Source: Octopus vulgaris (lineage: Eukaryota). From it: DNA of 64,000 nucleotides. This document shows, one piece after another, positions 61,682 to 64,000 of this stretch. The stretch covers positions 121,396,001-121,460,000 of the forward strand of contig OX597815.1 in the NCBI GenBank assembly GCA_951406725.2. The letters run 5' to 3'. A model generated the notes under the pieces. The model saw only the letters and a program-made list of their open reading frames with translations. It searched no databases and was not told where the DNA came from. How positions within the stretch are numbered: the stretch's first letter is position 1; each line of letters starts with the position of its first letter. The translations under genes and the position numbers were made by a program.

Positions 61682-61782
61682 TATAAGCGAGAATGAAGCA
61701 ACAAGAATGGATAGGTTTTTAGTGTTTTTGAAACGATTGTACTAAAAACCTATCCATTCTTGTTGCTTCATTCTCGCTTATA
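61682..61782. repeat. Perfect 42 bp-arm hairpin, 17 nt loop
   Basis: 61682-61723 is the exact reverse complement of 61741-61782. Confidence 0.92.
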
Positions 61783-61859
61783 TATATATATATATATATT
61801 ACACAAATATATGATACAATGTAAAATATGCTATCTTAAAGATAGCGTGTTCGCACTAG

Positions 61860-61924
<65 letters not shown>

Positions 61925-61939
61925 ATGTGTATGTATGTA

Positions 61940-62195
61940 TATAATACAAAAATGGGACAAGAACGCAAAACATCCGGACAGTTAGGTGATACAAAAATGG
62001 GACAACAAAACATCCAGAAAGACAATACACAGAAAACAAAGACGGGTCAATCGAAGTTTTTTTTTCCTCAGTCAAGTACCAGATTATCTTCGCAATTTCG
62101 GGTGATACTTGACTGAAGAAAGAAAACCTCGAATGACCCGTCCTTGTTTTCTTTGTATCGTCCATCTGGATGTTTTGTTGTCCCAATTTTGTATT
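61940..62195. mobile_element. Foldback of a family-B-like element between (TA)n tracts
   Basis: Arms ~61990-62081 and 62103-62194; partial duplication at 61944-61980; GAAATTGC...ACTTGACTGAAGA as at 17180-17220. Confidence 0.8.
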
Positions 62196-62255
<60 letters not shown>

Positions 62256-62287
62256 TTATATATAGCGGCGTACGTACACTCTAGTCT

Positions 62288-62370
<83 letters not shown>

Positions 62371-62579
62371 ACCGCATGTGTATCGTTGGCGATTTTCTTT
62401 CTCCGTCTTCCCTTCCTTGAACCATTCCTTTTTCTATGTTTCTGACGAAGTGCTCCGCTCGAAACGTTAAATCCTCCTTCTTTCTTTCCTTTCATGAGCG
62501 TCTAATAATACTTATACTTGTTCCACATCCTCGCGTTGTTGTGTGATTTCTCTTTGTTCATGATTGGATAAACTTTATA
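62371..62579 (+). mobile_element. ~210 bp PLE pseudo-LTR-like unit with minimal hammerhead (62438-62472)
   Basis: GTTT CTGACGA A GTGC TCC GCTC GAAACGTT AAAT; near-identical copy at 63615-63820. Confidence 0.75.
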
Positions 62580-62951
62580 TCTCTCTATATATAAACGGCA
62601 GTTTGTCTGTGTGTGTTTCTGTGTGTCTGTCAGGTTGTACCCTCACCCTGACCACGGCTTTCAACCGATTCTGATGAAACTTGACACACACATAGCCCAA
62701 TGTCATAATTCCAAACTAACGCAGCGAAAATTTTGAAAAGTTCCCCCAGTTCTGAAAAACATCGATAAATTCGACATGGAGTCGAGAATCAGAAACACAA
62801 ACCACAGACTGTCTAGGGGACGCAACTCGACCTTTTTAACTAAAAAAAAATTTACCATAATTTTTTTTTCCATTTTTTGGCTATAACTCTCTAAAAATGC
62901 TTTATAGTTATTTCCCTTACAAACCCGAGCAACGCCGGGCGATACTGCTAG
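62580..62951 (+). mobile_element. Non-autonomous Helitron
   Basis: A|TC 5' end with TATATATAAA, 3' hairpin CCCGAGCAACGCCGGG then CTAG|T. Confidence 0.9.
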
Positions 62952-63019
62952 TACATATATATATATAAATCTTTTGGTAAATATATTCAATAAGAATTAT
63001 TATATACTGAATTTATATT

Positions 63020-63432
63020 GAGTGCTCCATTGTATAAAAATAGTCTGGCTGACCAGCTTGAACATTGCTCAGAGGGAGAAATGAAGTTTACTGTCAGCAA
63101 CTGTGAGACAACGTCCCACACCCTACAACTCTCACTAGCTCTAATTCTGTTATCTTACAACATCATTCTATCTCACTCTGTATTTACTACTAAACAATGA
63201 AGAGGACACAAGCACAAACTTTACTTCGCATGCTTTTGGGTTTATCATAACCTGCCCGTCGAGGTAACGTAACGGTAAATACTTTCTTAAAACTTCATGT
63301 CTTGTCCATCTTTCACATCCTACAGTATGCAATTATAACAACAAAATTTTTATCGCCACAACTGCTGACTCCGACATTTCATATTACTGTTTACAAATCA
63401 TTATATTGTGTAACTAATAATTTTCCCGTTAC

Positions 63433-63433
<1 letters not shown>
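63020..63433 (+). mobile_element. 5'-truncated LTR (family of 37482-38080)
   Basis: Colinear with 37675-38080; ends CCGTTACA. Confidence 0.8.
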
Positions 63434-63528
<95 letters not shown>

Positions 63529-63614
63529 AATTTATAAGTAAGGGCAAAAGAAAAAAATTCTGATGCCAAAATATGCCGAAAATGGACACAACGTCAATAA
63601 CCATGTAATATATC

Positions 63615-63820
63615 CGCATGTGTATCGTTGGCGATTTTCTTTCTCCGTTTTCCCTTCCTTGGACCTTTCCTTTTTCTATGTTTCTGGCGAAGTGCTCCGC
63701 TCGAAACATTAAATCCTCCTTCTTTCTTTCCTTTCATGAGCGTCCAATAATACTTATACTTGTTCCACATCCTCGCGTTGTTGTGTGATTTCTCTTTGTT
63801 CATGATTGGATAAACTTTAT
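63615..63820 (+). mobile_element. Second pseudo-LTR-like unit, hammerhead core mutated
   Basis: CTGGCGA...GAAACATT at 63684-63710. Confidence 0.75.
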
Positions 63821-64000
63821 ATATATATAAAGCGAGCACTAAGCCACTTCTCTCACTTTACAAGAGCTTTTCGTTTCGAATCGCACGTGTCTCGAGGTGT
63901 GCTAGAGAATTTCTATTTTGAATATATTTGGAGTACTTAGTTGTGCTCGTGGCTTAGTGCTCGCTTCTTCCATGAGTATGAGTAAGTATTTCACTTATTT

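Noticed and set aside
62082-62103. Foldback arm starts right after an AUC, suggesting an ordinary type II hammerhead cut there
   Set aside because: Helix I cannot form in that register (TGGTACTTGA). Intact relatives place the cleavage strand upstream of GAAA, so this is treated as coincidence.

Overview
AT-rich, microsatellite-dense eukaryotic DNA with no recognisable intact host gene. The SINE families and repeat landscape resemble an octopus/cephalopod genome (inference). Almost all listed ORFs are microsatellite translations or decayed transposon fragments. The window is a nested pile of three tRNA-derived SINE families, decayed LINEs (RTE, R4/CRE-like, Tx1-like), Penelope-like element (PLE) remnants, Gypsy remnants and solo LTRs, hAT, pogo and mariner remnants, MITEs (two carrying TTAGGG arrays) and Helitrons. 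The main novel candidate is a set of ~400-500 bp non-coding elements anchored in (TA)n tracts. They carry the hammerhead ribozyme core with its three strands in a non-canonical order: cleavage strand, then GAAA strand, then CUGANGA strand. This order is not one of the type I/II/III permutations. Helices I and III and an added helix covary across three divergent copies (11088-11164, 17180-17252, 19953-20033), and truncated relatives lie at 3723-3790 and 62060-62120. Conventional minimal PLE-type hammerheads and many foldback hairpins occur in the same (TA)n context. All alignments and pairings were done by eye; no ribozyme activity is demonstrated.
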